From Bigelowiella natans CCMP2755 (Eukaryota; Protista; Cercozoa), in assembly GCA_000320545.1 (NCBI GenBank), contig ADNK01003259.1, forward strand, positions 1 through 57,483: a stretch of DNA of 57,483 nucleotides, written 5' to 3'. Below, piece after piece: positions 35,871 through 49,568 of the stretch (within the stretch, counting starts at the first letter, position 1; each line of letters begins with the position of its first letter). The position numbers and the translations under genes are program-made. The notes beneath the pieces were generated by a model that had not been told where the DNA came from, did not search any database, and saw only the letters and a program-made list of their open reading frames with translations.

Positions 35871-37293
35871 GTGTGTGTGTGTGTTGAACATATAGAATCA
35901 TTTCTGAGTACTCTCCATGATGAGCCCCGTATGTGTATAGAGGATGGTGTCCAATGACGATTTTCCAGGCAGCCTTAGAATGTGGTAGACAGAAGCAGCA
36001 GCAATCAGAGCTACTTCTACCTCGTGAAAGCGCCATTCTCATCATCATCATCGCGCGTCATAGATATATCCAGCGTGTTATTACCTTTGATGTCCGAAGG
36101 GCGTTCTCGAGCCATTGGAGCTGTCGATACGAGTTCGTTGTCTTCCGAATGTTTCTCCAGACTCGATGATCCTTCTTATACCTTCAAAGGCAGCAGCGGG
36201 AATATGTGATGTGGTCTACGAAATTCATGACGCAGGTTACACCGCCGACGATGACGACGACGACTAGCTCTCGCAGCGACGTTAGATGTAGATGCTCGCA
36301 GTTGTTGTGCACGTATCTGTTCTGTATACTATATTCTATTGCGTGGAGTGGTGGTCGGTCGTCAGTAACTTGTTCAAAAGAGGAGTAGTATCGATGAAGA
36401 ACAGCTCGCCAAGGAAGGAGCCGCTATCATCCCCACCCCCTTCATAGCCACCAGCGCCTCGAGGAGAGGGTGTAGCCTGAAGCAAACGCCACAGAGAAGA
36501 AGTACAGTGGGTTATGTAGACCGCAGCAGCAGTAGCAATGTATGTACGCTAGATGCCATCTGCTCTCCGAATGTGCTCTATACTGACAGCGCTGGGGGCG
36601 GGGGGGGGCGACATACGTTTGGGTCAGTTATGATCCTGGAGAAGTAGCGTGAAGGAAGGTTCCAGTGGGGGAGGGACAAGTTGACCTGGGACTCCACCGA
36701 CCCTACACATCGATGCATTCATGCTTTGAAAAGAGACCGGCCAGTGCGCGGAATCCCGGCGCTGTGCTTCTCGCCTGAAGCGGCTTCTTCGCTTCTGTGG
36801 GAAGCGACGCTTTTTTTGGTCTCTCACAGCCAGCGGAAAGAAGGTTGCGTTGTCCAACAGTGATAAGGGGACCATAGAATCAACAAGATGTTTCTAACTT
36901 ATACCGGTTCTGACCCTCTAGCCTTCCCCCATCCCTCCCTGCGACTACCTCGCCAATCATGATTTCCGAGCACGAAATGCCAGGGGAGAATAAGGCTATT
37001 TTTCTTCCCCCTGATATTCTTGTTCTTGTTGTCTCTGTCCCCTCTTCCTCCTCCTTTCGCTACTCCTCCCCCAGCTTCTTCTCCCATGTACACAGAGCTC
37101 CATGATGTCTCCACCTTATAATCCCAGTATTATAACATGCCAAAAATCAGCAGCAGCATCAACAAACAACAAAAGCATTTGCGGCATCGAGAGCGGGAGC
37201 GATAGACTCTCTTCTTCTTCTTCTTTTTCTTCTTATCCTTTTACATATTGCTCTTAATATATTCTTTTCGTTGTTACACTTTTACTAGTATAT

Positions 37294-37369
<76 letters not shown>

Positions 37370-37997
37370 GAAATGTATATGATGAACACCTGCTCATCGT
37401 GTAAGCTCTTGATGCCTGAAGGATAGAAGTTGTCCCCCGTAGAAACGATGTGAGAGGCAGGAAGCACAGCAGCCGCCCGCTCCATCTCCAACGCTACGTC
37501 GCGCTGCAAATATGAAAAGTCGTGCAAGAGAGATAGATGAGTGGTGTGGAAGAGGAAGGCAGTTGTCTGTGCGTATGTGTAGCATCGAGTTGTCACGAGG
37601 TCTCCGTTTCAGTCAACTGGAGGGGAGGTAAATGGGGGAAATTTGAACATCATCAACTACCTGACAGCACTGTCCGTCCCGTCCCCAATCGCCAATAGCT
37701 ATGAAGTGGTGCCAAGAAACGTGATCATGATCCTGATGGATCACATAATGATTTGCTTGTGTTTTTTTCGTACCGTAGCACTGAATATGAGTAAGCTGTT
37801 GTTGTTGTTGTTGTTGTTGTTGTTGTAGCTCCATGTGCACGTATGCATTCGTCGGTCGTTTGTATGCATGCGTATTTGTGTGCGTGCGTATGCATGTGTT
37901 TGTGTGCATGTGTGCATGTGTGTGTAGGTGTGAGTCACCTTCGGTATCTGAAGCTCGTGCGACAAGTCTTTTTCGTGGTTCTACGATATGTAACACA

Positions 37998-38077
<80 letters not shown>

Positions 38078-38622
38078 CGTATGTGCATTTATATCCAAAT
38101 ATGAAAGTAAATATCAATATACATCCTAAAAATATAAACATACACACACACACACACACACACATACACTCACGCAGAGAGAGAGAGAGGGGGGGGGGGG
38201 GGGGGGGAGGGAAAGAGGGAGAGAGAGAGGGGAGCTGCTTCACACACGGATGAGGTAATCAAATCCTTCAAATAACAGCTATCTATCCATGCAACGACAA
38301 CCCAGCACAGCGCTTCGGATGTTTCCGAGCCGAGCCTCCAATCGCACAATCCTCTTCCAGGCCCCCCCAATTCAACCCAGAAAAGAACGCACGCCAGTGC
38401 TGCGGTAACCATGAGGGCCATCCACATGAGCACTCGCAGGTCGCAGGATTTTTCGTCGCTGCGATGAATGAAGCTTCCCTCAGGACATTCTTGCTGCAGA
38501 GCTTTCAACTGCCGCTCCTGCTTCTGAGCCGGCGTACGAGAACGCAGCCCGTGAGACGACGCGGTTTCATGCTTTTTATTTTCGGGACCGGAGGAGCTCG
38601 ACGGGGTCAGGGAGACGCTCAT
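34594..38622 (-). CDS. Purple acid phosphatase / calcineurin-like metallophosphoesterase (ACP5-type) with N-terminal TM anchor
   Basis: All five metal-binding motifs: IGDWG, TGDNFY, LGNHD, IGHHP, SGHDH. Last exon HGFAVVSLSD...RRLAS*. Confidence 0.9.
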
Positions 38623-39212
38623 CGCTGCTTCGAGTAGAAGGCTCTGTATTCTAGTCCTCCTGGATGCCGCGGTCAGCCATAGCCTACTTCCTCCACCCCC
38701 TGAAAGATGAGTTCCGACTCGTCGTACTCTGACTCAAACGACGTGTTCGTCTAAAAGTAAAGATCAGTAAGCGCTATTATGCCGAAAATGTCCTACAATT
38801 TGCATATGCGACTTCATCATCCATTACATGTATCTTCTACCGCAAGCAGGGCCGAATCACAAAATTCCGCATTTCGGCCCCAACTTCCTCGTCACGATCC
38901 GTTATCACCCGCCTTTTTTTCAGAGAAAATCGTTATATTTTAGGGGAGATTAATTATTCGGTTGGAGTTGTTTTCATCGTGTTGGTATATCCGTTGTGGG
39001 CTTTCGAGACCCGCCTGCCAATTCAGGGCGAGATATCCGCCACATCCGCATATTCATTGAAAAATACAGGGGATTATCTAGAAAATTTATAGTACCGGGG
39101 ATTCCCTTGGCAGCCGTCCCCACACAGAAGGGACGACCGAGCGATAGCGGAAGGGGACAGTAGATTGAGAAAGGGGAGGCGAGAGAAAAACATAAAAGAG
39201 CGAAAGAGAACT

Positions 39213-39636
39213 ATGCCCTCCTCTATCCCACTTGGCATCGAAGGCTTGCTCTCCACCCTCAATGTTCTCCAGGTGGTTGGGGAATGAGAGAACTCGGTTG
39301 CGGTGGCGTTCCTTCGTGTTGTGACCGTTCAAAGTCCCATGATGCTACTTTTTCACATGTTTCATGACATCCTTACCGCATCCTGAATTTGTCCATATAC
39401 ACCCTTCCTTCCAAGGATAAAGATAGTAGCGAATTACAATTTCTGTTTGGTCGAAGATAGAAGGTGTTATTAAGTTGAAAGTCGTAAATTCTGATTAACA
39501 ATCAGGATCAAGGAAAGAAACAGAGTGGTGCTTACTACGAAGCCCAGCTGAGTTGGCTTCAGATTAAGAAAGCAAATGCCCCGGCTCTTCTTGAAAAGTG
39601 AGGGACTGAACATAAAAAATCAAAATGGGCTGAATA

Positions 39637-39671
<35 letters not shown>

Positions 39672-41043
39672 GTGTGCTCTTGTGTCTACGTGTGTGCGTG
39701 TTTTAGCAACAAGTGAGTTTAGGAAATATATAATGAAGTAAGAAATTCAAATAACGCACAGATATCGAAAGCAAAGGAAGAAACAGGCAACAAGGAATCT
39801 TCAAAGCAATGCTTCAGCTCCCGGCCAAGAAAATAAGAAAGAGAGCAATATTTCCAGTGATGAAAGCAAAAAGGCCACCCAGGTTACCACAGAGGAGAAG
39901 GATGATGTTCAGAAAGTAGCTCCCCGCGCTCGTAGCCGTCACGCCTCTCAAAAAGAAAATTCCTCCCGAAGCCAACGATCCACCCGCAACACTCGGCGAA
40001 AGGACAAACAGCGGGATAGGGAAGAAGCTGATGCTGATGCTGATGCTGATGATGAAGAGGTGGTAAAGGACACATCATCCTCGCAGGAGGCGAAAAAGAA
40101 GACAAGAGTGAAGGCAAAAATCATTCCCTCGTCTCTTCGAGTCGTGGATCTGAAAAAGGAATTATCAGCGATGGGGTTGAGCACGAAGGGTCTCAAAGCT
40201 GTCCTTGTTGCTCGCCTGGAGGAAGCATTAAACGAGGCGGAGGAGGAAGAAGACGAGGAGGGTAACGATGAGGAGTATCAGCAAAGAGAAAATGCTACGG
40301 GAGAGAAAAGTACAGATGAAGAAGAGAAGGAGGAAAAAGCAAACCTAGACCAATCTTCTGAAGCCGATAAGTCCGCAGAGGAAGAGGAGAAGCGCCGCGA
40401 GGAAGAGGCGCTGAAGCTCAAGGAACAAGAGGCACTGAAGAAACTTGAGGAAGAACATAAAGCCGAGCAGGAGAGGATGGCAAAGGAAAGAAAATTAAGA
40501 GAAGAAAAGCGAAGGAAGAGACTGGAGGAGAGAAAACGCAGGGAGGAAGAGGAGGAAGAGAGAAACCGGAGGAAGAAGAAAGCCGAGGAGGAGGAGGCAG
40601 CAAAGAAACGGGCTGAAGCAGCTGCAGCTGCTAAAAAGGAGGAGGCGGAGAGAAAACGAAAGGCCAAGGAACTAGAAGCAGCAGCAGCAAAGAGGAGGGA
40701 AGAAGCAAAAAGAAAGGCCCGAGAAGCTGCTGCAGCTGCAAGGAAGGAAGCTGCCGAAAAGGCAGAGAGAAAGCAAAAGGCGGAGGAGGAAGAGCGGCGA
40801 CAAAACAACGCCAAGAAGGCTCAGAAGAAGGGTACACAACAAAAAAATTCAAGTTTAATATCGGCTCTTTCCCATTAATTAGATTTATTGGTTGCTAAAT
40901 CCCCCCCCCCCCCCTTCCATCTCTGTAACAGTGGCGGCTGATAAATCTTGGCGGATAGCCCAGTTCTCTCGTTCAACAAGGAGCGAGCGAGACTTGGAGA
41001 AAAAGGCGCAGTTGATTATGGCGATGGTAAGTGAGAAGAGCTG

Positions 41044-41082
<39 letters not shown>

Positions 41083-41864
41083 GATTCACATGTAAACAAC
41101 TATCATGTAACACATATACTTAGTGTTTAATGCTGACATCCATTCCTACCGAATGATATAATAAAGGAATGAGAAAGTAGCATATAGAACGTATATAGAT
41201 ATATATATATATATATATATATATATTACATATGTACGTGTGTGTGTGTGTGTGCTTGCGTTTGCGTCATTTTGCTTCACTTCGCTTCATTCATCACCTT
41301 CCCCCGCCCCCCCCTTCTCAAAGGGATTTAAGGACGAGGAGCGGGTGATGCAGCTGCTGCGGCAAACCAACGGGGATGTCAGCGAAGCCGTAGAAAGGAT
41401 GTCGTCCTCGTCCTCCTCCTCGTCGTCATCTCCGCAAGAAGAAACAAGCGGACGTCGTGCTAGTCGTAGGATATCCTCCATGTCCGGTGCACACTCCGCC
41501 TCCTCAAGCCGAGCCAGCTCCAAGAGAACCTCTCGCTCCTCCTCTGAGTCGCGCACTGCGGCGGCCGTTGGTGGTGCTGGTGCTGCTGCCGGATCGACGA
41601 CGGCCACGCACAAACGCGATGACGACGACGACAAAAAAAGAAGCTCCACAAATCAGAAGAAGGCTGAGAGGAAAGAGGAGCAGTCGCAATCGCTAATGGC
41701 GAAGCTTTCGAGTGGCATCTCCGCAGCGGTCTTTGGCGTTTGGAATAAGAGCGGAAGAAGCGCCACCACAGCGAGCAGCAGCAGCAGCAAGCCAAGAACG
41801 ACGCCGGCCATATCCTCCTCTTCCTCGTCGGCGCGAGCTGCTGCAGCAGCGGGCAAGAAGAAGG

Positions 41865-41905
<41 letters not shown>

Positions 41906-42314
41906 GTGAAGGAACGCATTTTCCAGAAGCCTCCGTCGAGATTGCGACAGCAAACGGCGATGATGATGAAGACGAAGGGCGGTAACAGCAAGAGAACAAC
42001 CAAGGCTGCTGGAACGACTGCTGATTCCTCGTCCTCCTCCTCCTCCTCCTCCTCCTCCTCGTCGTCGTCGTCAACTTCACGCAGTGCTAGGGCCGGACGC
42101 AAGAGGAAGAGCGATGAGGCAGCAGCACAAGATGGAGACAAGCAGCAGCATTCTCGGCCATCCAAGCGACACTCGTCGAAGAACTCGGAGCGGTACGCGC
42201 ACACACAAGATATTTGCTGATCCGTTGTGTGGTGATGATGACGTTTACTTAATCTACCAACTTATCGATTGGATATACACACATAGACACACAAACACAC
42301 ACACACACACACAT

Positions 42315-42360
<46 letters not shown>

Positions 42361-42635
42361 TTATTTATATACATTTATATATATATACAGGTCCACGATG
42401 AGCAGCAGCAGCATCCACAGCAGCAACAGCTCCATCCATGCGCCGTCGTCATTCGAGTCGAAGAAGTCGAAGGGGCAGCCCACCACCACCACTGCCAGTG
42501 GTGCTGCTGCTCCTGCTGTGAAGCCGTCGCTAGCTTTTTCTTCTTCTTCCACCGCATCATCCAAGCTGCACAGGCCGTCCAAATTCAAGGCGGTTGGCAC
42601 AGGAGGAGGAGCAGGTGGTATGCATTTATGTATGT

Positions 42636-42721
<86 letters not shown>

Positions 42722-44613
42722 TATAATTATATTTATGAAGAAGCCAACATGCTATTGGGAAAGCAGTCCTCTTCTTCCTCGATATCATCATCGCTACCAC
42801 CATGAGAATTCGTTAATCGATGGTTCTATTGCATCTCCACTGACCCTTCGCCCTCTCCCCTTTCCCCCCTCCCCCCTTTACCTATCTATCTATCCATTCA
42901 TCCATCTGAAGGCACCAGCAGCTCCGCCGCGCGAAAGAAAGACTGGGCTGCGGCAAAGGCCAAGGAGAAGAAGCGCATCCGCGAGGACAAGCAGAAGAAG
43001 AAGCTCGAGCGCCAGAAACAGGCCGAGCGGCGTCGAAAGGCCCTTCGCGAGGAAGAGCACAAGAAGCGGATAGAGAACCTGCAGAAGAAAGCGAAACGCG
43101 CGGCCGCGCTCAAAGAGCAGCGGCTCAAGCAACAGGCCGCGAAGAAGAAGAACAAGCGGAGCCGCATGGATCTTGACAAGCTCCTTCCATCGAAGCAGCA
43201 GCCCTCGACGAGCAAGAGCGCCGCCGCCGACGCCGCGTTGATGTCCCCCCCCCCTGCCCCGGGAACAACGTCCTCGTCGTCGAGCGCCGCCACCGCCTTT
43301 GCGAAGAAGAAGAAGCGCGGCAGCAGCAGGACGAATCTGGAGGAAGCGATGAAGCTCAAGAGGCAGCGCCTTCAGACTCCTCCAAACCCCTATCCTGCAA
43401 GGTATCATTAACCATGGTGATAGTAGCTTTAGGAGGAGGAGGAGAAGGAGGGCCTTCTTGTTACACATAACCCCAATATCGATCGGAACGCTGTTATTAT
43501 GTCTGGGGGCGTGCTTAAGAATAGTGTTTAAAACATAAGAAGGAGAAGATGGGTGGAAACGCAACAACAACAGCAACAACAACAACATCATCATCATCAT
43601 CATCATCGCTCACACACACACACACACACTTACACTTACACTTACACTTACACAATCTCTCACACGCACACTAAACCCAAACCGCTGTCCTCTTCTCTCC
43701 CCCCCTGCTCCACGCACCGCATCAGCTACGAGATGACGGACAGGGAGGATGAGTCGTCTGACTACTCGAACGACGACGAGCCTTCCAAAGACAGGATCCC
43801 TCTATGGGCGCAGAAACCATACCTGCAAAGGCGCCTGCAAGAACAAGTACTACCACTACTACTGCTACTACTAGCAGTAGTAATAGTAGTAAAAATATGC
43901 TCCCTATTCCCATTCCCCCCCCCCCTCTCCTCCCTTCCACATTAACCAGTCCGTATCTCCCCCCTTGTCGTCTTCGCCATGGCCGACCGTTGCATGCCAT
44001 CTTCCCTTCTATATCTGCTTTCAAAGCGCTCGCGAACCAAACACACGCGCGCACGCGCGCACACTCGATTTCGAATGAATGCCACCCGCCGCTCACGGCC
44101 TGGTGCTGACCACATCGTCTCGCCTTACCTACCAGGAGAATTTCAATCCGGACGCGATCTTCGGGAACATCTCGGAGGTGAAGCTTGACTTGCAAGGTAA
44201 TAAGGCGTGCTCTGGCCGCCCCTCCTTCCTATCGTGGCGTTGTTCTGCCGAGCGACCTGACCTATCTCTCCCCCTGCGAACTACTATGCAGATATCTTCA
44301 AGGGTTTCCGCAAGAAGAAGCGCTTCACCCGTCGCGAGGTAATGGCTTTCTGTAGACAAAAAGTAAAAGCAGCAGCAACAACGAACGCCGTTGGTTTGAG
44401 TTAGAAGAAGCTGCCGCGGAGACAGCATCGTAGCCTATGTAGGCTGCGCTGGGGGGTATTCTGTTTGTGCTTACTGTTTTTGTGTCGTCCCTTTCTTCTG
44501 CTGCTGCTGTTGTTGTTGCTTCTTACTTGACTCAGATGGGGTCGGGCGATTGGACGCCTGACCGTATTGGGAAGAATTGGCAGCCCTCGCCGCTGTCTCG
44601 GTCTCGTGCCTAG
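39213..44613 (+). CDS. INCENP: INCENP-like chromosomal passenger protein with additional SAP and UBA domains
   Basis: C-terminal IN-box: SYEMTD..RIPLWAQ..QEQ|ENFNPDAIFG..LDLQ|DIF..RFTRRE|MGSGDWTPD. SAP: SLRVVDLKKELSAMGLSTKGLKAVLVARLEEAL. E/K/R single-alpha-helix region. UBA: LIMAM|GFKDEERVMQLLRQTNGDVSEAVERM. Start tentative. Confidence 0.75.
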
Positions 44614-46034
44614 TTCTGGTTGTTGCTGCTGTTTTCTTTTCTAACATAATCACCAGCGTGGGAGGTGTCTCTCCCTCGTTTTTTCACGACACGCTTCTAT
44701 CCAGCACTGCTAGAGAACATCCTCTGTTCGTCGAGGAACGAACCCCCACATCGTAGCATGCGTCGACCTTGAGTTATTCATTTAATTCGAGCACCACAAA
44801 ACGCGGGGAATAACAATAATAATAATAATAATAATAATAATATGTGCTTTTTGGATGTGTAAACAATCTATATCTTCTAGACATGTACTCCATTTTTTGG
44901 TTCTTAAGAAAAACAGTCAATGAATAGCAGACTACTACTACTACTATTACTGCTACTACTACTGATGGTGCACTTCTAGACTTTCGTAATAAAATCTAAT
45001 GATAGAAATTGCGAGCGATGCGTCGCGACATCATGCACGCGGCTATGCATGGATGAATCCATGCGATCGATCCATCTGCTAGGTGATTTTTGCTAGCTCG
45101 CGTGATGACGACGCTCTAATCTAGCGCTGTCAGATCTAGAACTGTCTAGCTAGCTAGCTGTGTCTAGATATATGCTAGCTAGCTAGCTAGCTAGCATGGC
45201 TAGGTAGTAGTTCCAGATCTAGTAGATGCGCATACATGCATGCTAGCATGTCTAGCTAGCTAGCTATTTGTTTGTTTGTTTTGCACGCTTATTGTAGCCA
45301 TTTCTAGCTAGTTAGCTAGCTAGATTCATTTTAGTCCATCTAGATCTAAGCCATCTAGCTAGCTAGCTAGCTAGCTACAGCTGACATGCAGCATGCTAGG
45401 ATGCCAGCTAGCCATAGCTAAGCTAGCTAGCTAGTAAGCTAGATAACAGACATACTTGTCTAGTTGTGTATGTGCAGCTCTAGAGCTCTAGATAGTCAGA
45501 TATGCACTATCTAGCTTTGGCATCATGCTAGCTAGCTAGCTAGATAGCAGATCTAGCTATGTAGGAATAGCGGCTAGAGCTCTAGAGCTCAGAGCTTGTT
45601 GGGCATGCTAGCATCTAGCTACTAGCTAGCTAGCTAGGCATGCATGTCTAGGTGTGCATCGCAGCTAGATCTAGCTAGCGCCGAGATGTACGCAGCGCAT
45701 GCAGGCTACGACAAATTAAACCAGTAAAGGAGGGGCGCGACATCGTCGTAGATTATAGCAGCTCTTGCTAGCTGCTGCTAGAGCTGGCTAGCCAAAGCTA
45801 GCAAAGCTGAGGTGCTGCAACATGACATATGTTGCCATGGCCCAGCTAGCTAGCGCTGGGTCACACACACGCACTATTACACTTGACTGGGCACAGCAGC
45901 ACGGTATAGACAGCAGTCTCACCATACATACCTCGACTATACGACATTATTATAACCCTACGCTAGTTATTGCTAGATCGATTAATCTTTACATGGCATG
46001 CTAGCATGCCAGCAGCGTTGAACTGCTAGACTAA
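44614..46034. repeat. Convergent spacer with the densest (CTAG)n / palindrome-rich tract
   Basis: e.g. GCTAGCTAGCTAGCTAGCTAGC at ~45175, ~45355-45375; AGATCTAG, GCATGC and TCTAGA recur. Confidence 0.85.
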
Positions 46035-47103
46035 CTACTCTTTGGCAGCTTCTATAAGAAAGTCAAAAAGCTTAGGTACTGCATCATCGGGATTACGAGA
46101 GCCTTGTCGCTTCCTCTTTAGGTACGCAAGTAAGCTCCCCCACAGCCACGATGAGCTCTTGCCGGCTTTCATAACGGCCCCCACGACTGATTCGAGGCCT
46201 TGGGCGCGATGGTCGCCGAACGTGTGGTACAGCACCTTCTTCTTCGCCTCGGAGCAACCGATCCACTGCAGCATAGACTGAAAAAAGAATAGCCGAGTAG
46301 TAGTTAGTCGTTGGTCATTATAAAAACAACTCTACATTCGGCGGCGGTGCAATCCGGAGATGTTTCCCATCACCAGAAAAAAAAAAAAAAAAAAAGACGC
46401 CGCAGCTGATGGACTTCAAAGTGAACTTTTTGTCCAGTTCAGCGGTGCGCGCTGATACTATGCAGAGCATCACTTCTTGGGGGCTCCTTCATTCTCAGGA
46501 AGCACATCTACCTTGAGGGGAATGTCTCCTCCAAAGGCACCACACCCCCAGTTTCCGGTTGAAAATGTGTCGAAGGCGTATTGTTGCGGAGCCACAACGG
46601 AGGTGTCTTTCGCCTCCTCTCCTGCGCTAGAATTAGACTCCTTATCTGAAGAAAAATACGACTTAATGACGACGAGCGAGCTTGACGTCACGTCGTCCTT
46701 GACTAAAGATGACATGCAGGATATAAGGTTCGAATGCGGCAAAGTCGGCGTTTCAAACGGTCCGTTTTCATAGCTTAATACTTGTCAGCAAAGGACCTGC
46801 ACGTGGAGCATAAGCCGTGAGCTTTTCTCCAGCACATACGGCATCCTTGGGGAGATCAACAGCAACGAAGGTCTTCACAATCTCGCGCATCATCATGTCC
46901 TCTCTGTATTGATTCGTCTGATGTTATCAGCAAGGTGTGATTTTCCGGAGGAGGTCTCATCGACGAGCTTAAAGAACAACAGCTACGGCGCAAATTTTGT
47001 CTCCATAGTTGCACTAAGATGCGGCGTTTTAATATGTCAAAAAGAAACTACTAGTATAAGAACCCGTCGATGTTTTTCGCAGAGCTCCAAAGGATATAAT
47101 TTT

Positions 47104-47150
<47 letters not shown>

Positions 47151-47537
47151 CTGGAATGGATATCCCCAATCTAAAGCACTCTGCCCTGCCTCCTCCCACC
47201 CCCCCCCGTCTTTTCAATATCATTTTTTTCTTAAAATGTTCTCTTTTCCATCTTCCATCTCCTCCTCGCAAGTACCGCAAATGCGACGAGGGCATCATAA
47301 GCGATGATAACGTTAGCTATGCGACCCTTGGGATCGAGTGGCGTCTTGTCCACAAAGTCTCCTGCGTATTTGAATCCTCGAGCATAACCCGTGTGTTTTG
47401 AGAAACGCTCCGCGCCCACTAATGAGGATTGAAGGCACAGCGTATGTTAGATTACATCTGCCGCATTGACTGAACGCCCCTCATCCCTCACCCAATTTCT
47501 CACAATATACTAAGCTTCCCTACACAAGCGCATGGGA

Positions 47538-47579
<42 letters not shown>

Positions 47580-47844
47580 ATGCACTTAGCTTACTTACCT
47601 AATGTGATGCTTTCGTTGTCCAGCATGACTTGGCAGAAGAGAAGAGAACACAAACACTCTGGTTTCTCCACGAATAGTATCTCTTCCTGTACGCAGCCCC
47701 CTCTCAATACCCCCCCCCCGATCCACTTATTCGCAAAATCGGCTTGCAGACACCTGGTACGTTACGCGTTTGTTAGGTTTGCGTTCCGACAGGAAAATAG
47801 GAAGAGAAAGGGAAGAAGGGGGGAGGGGGGGGGAGAGAAGAGAA

Positions 47845-47892
<48 letters not shown>

Positions 47893-48596
47893 TGAAGTAG
47901 TTGGCGCAAATCGTACATATGTGATTTTGCCTATGTTCGCTTCTTCTTCTTCTTCTTCTTCTTCTTCTGTCCCAAGCAGCATGTATGCATCGGGCACACG
48001 ACTAACCCATGAGCGTCTTCGATCATGTGGCCGACGGGCAGCACTTTGAATTCCGTGAGTTTAGTGCCTTCCTGCGGCTTAAACTTCTCGGGATCCTTGA
48101 GGACGAGGCGGTGAAAGCTCACGTTGCGCTTGCTGATGCCCCCGACCGCAAGGCGGTGGAAGTAGTGCAGGAGGCATTTGGTTTTCTCCTTACTAGTAGA
48201 GAGTATGAAACCGAAGTCGAGACTTGGACACATCCACCCTAGCACGCGTATCATCAGCTTACTAAGAACTACGACGCAACGTTGGGCATGAGATGTAACA
48301 CACAAAGGACTTTCTGGCAGAAGACAGAGGTGATCGTGCCCATGGCTATGCAGAGAGAGGAGGATGAGGGGGGCTATGTACCTCCAGGGAGCAGGTTAAA
48401 GAACGCACATGCCAGAATCACCGCGCACTGATGAGCTGTGAGAGTCAACGTGGCTGCGTGCCCTTGGCGCAATATAGGAATGCTCTTCATGTCGGGAAAC
48501 TGCACAGGGAGCTGCAGAATTAGCTCTTGAATAAACGGCAACGTCTTTGAGAAAAACTCCTTACCTTCCTCTCCTAGATACAATAGGGGCATTAGA

Positions 48597-48634
<38 letters not shown>

Positions 48635-49182
48635 GGAGTTCTGCCCGCTGCCCATTGACAACTTTTCTCTGTTTTTCGAAGTTCTTTCTATCTCCTACTA
48701 CCCATAGAGTCAATCGTCTTGCAAAGGGCCTTATATCGAAAAGTCTCTCCTCTTGTTTTGGTGCAAAGATCGCTGGCTAGTTTCGTAAAGTCTTCCCATT
48801 TTTCAGCCTGTGTAAATGCTAGGATGAGTTACGAACGTACTACGGCGCCTGAATCTCACTATTTTTTCCCGTTTGTACGCCGAATGGCCTCTGATGATGA
48901 TAATACATCATCGTACCTTAGATTTTGAGAGAAATTTTGAAATCCTCGTCCATTTCTCCCCATCGGAGTGCGGGAGGTTAACCCTGGATTTCGAAGGGTC
49001 TGGATGGTTCCGTCCTATTAGATTCAGCAGTGTACGTGTAACGACCAAAACCCAATCCGCCTCTCAAAAGGTTTGGTTCTTCGAGAGCGTTTCCCACCTT
49101 CTCGTGCATTCTCTGTTTCCATCGTCTTCTCTCGATCCCTTTGCCACTTAAATGGGGCGCTGGGTTCTCCTTTCTTCTCCAT
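46035..49182 (-). CDS. PARG: Poly(ADP-ribose) glycohydrolase
   Basis: DFANKWIGGGVLRGGCVQEEILF (catalytic GGG-x-QEE), GAERFSKHTGYA, STGNWGCGAFGGD. Start tentative. Confidence 0.93.
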
Positions 49183-49464
49183 CTTTGTTCGGGTAGATGT
49201 AATCATAAACTTGTGCAGAGAGGATTTTTCCCCCAGCGACAATGAGAAAACTGCCACATATGGCGTAAATAAAAGGCGTTTCAAACTTCCCGAGAAAAAG
49301 AAAGTGATCAGGAAACGCGGAAATCTCCACAAATCAATGCGCCTTCCTCCCCTACGACTGCGCTCAATGCTGTGTTTTTCCTATCCCAGAAACCAGCCGA
49401 AAGCCTCATTTTGAGTGATGAATCGCCCTTCATTTTGTCCATGCAAGCTACAGTACATGTAATA

Positions 49465-49568
49465 GGGTGCAATCCACACCTTTCAAATGATGTGATTTCA
49501 GGATTTCGGATTTGTTGAAAAATGGTTTCTCAATTTTGGTAAATGTGCCAGAAGTGTGGTTTGCACCC
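49465..49568. mobile_element. Putative 104-bp MITE-like inverted-repeat element
   Basis: GGGTGCAATCCACAC ... GTGTGGTTTGCACCC (14/15 inverted match), flanked by TA on the left and CA on the right. Confidence 0.45.

Noticed and set aside
37613-38253. ORFs rich in CV/HT/ER/YI dipeptide runs here and elsewhere
   Set aside because: Translations of intronic dinucleotide microsatellites.
45050-46030. Helitron 3' ends (CTRR) as the source of CTAG richness
   Set aside because: No consistent GC-rich hairpin ~11 nt upstream of the CTAGs and no Rep/helicase remnant seen; not fully excluded.
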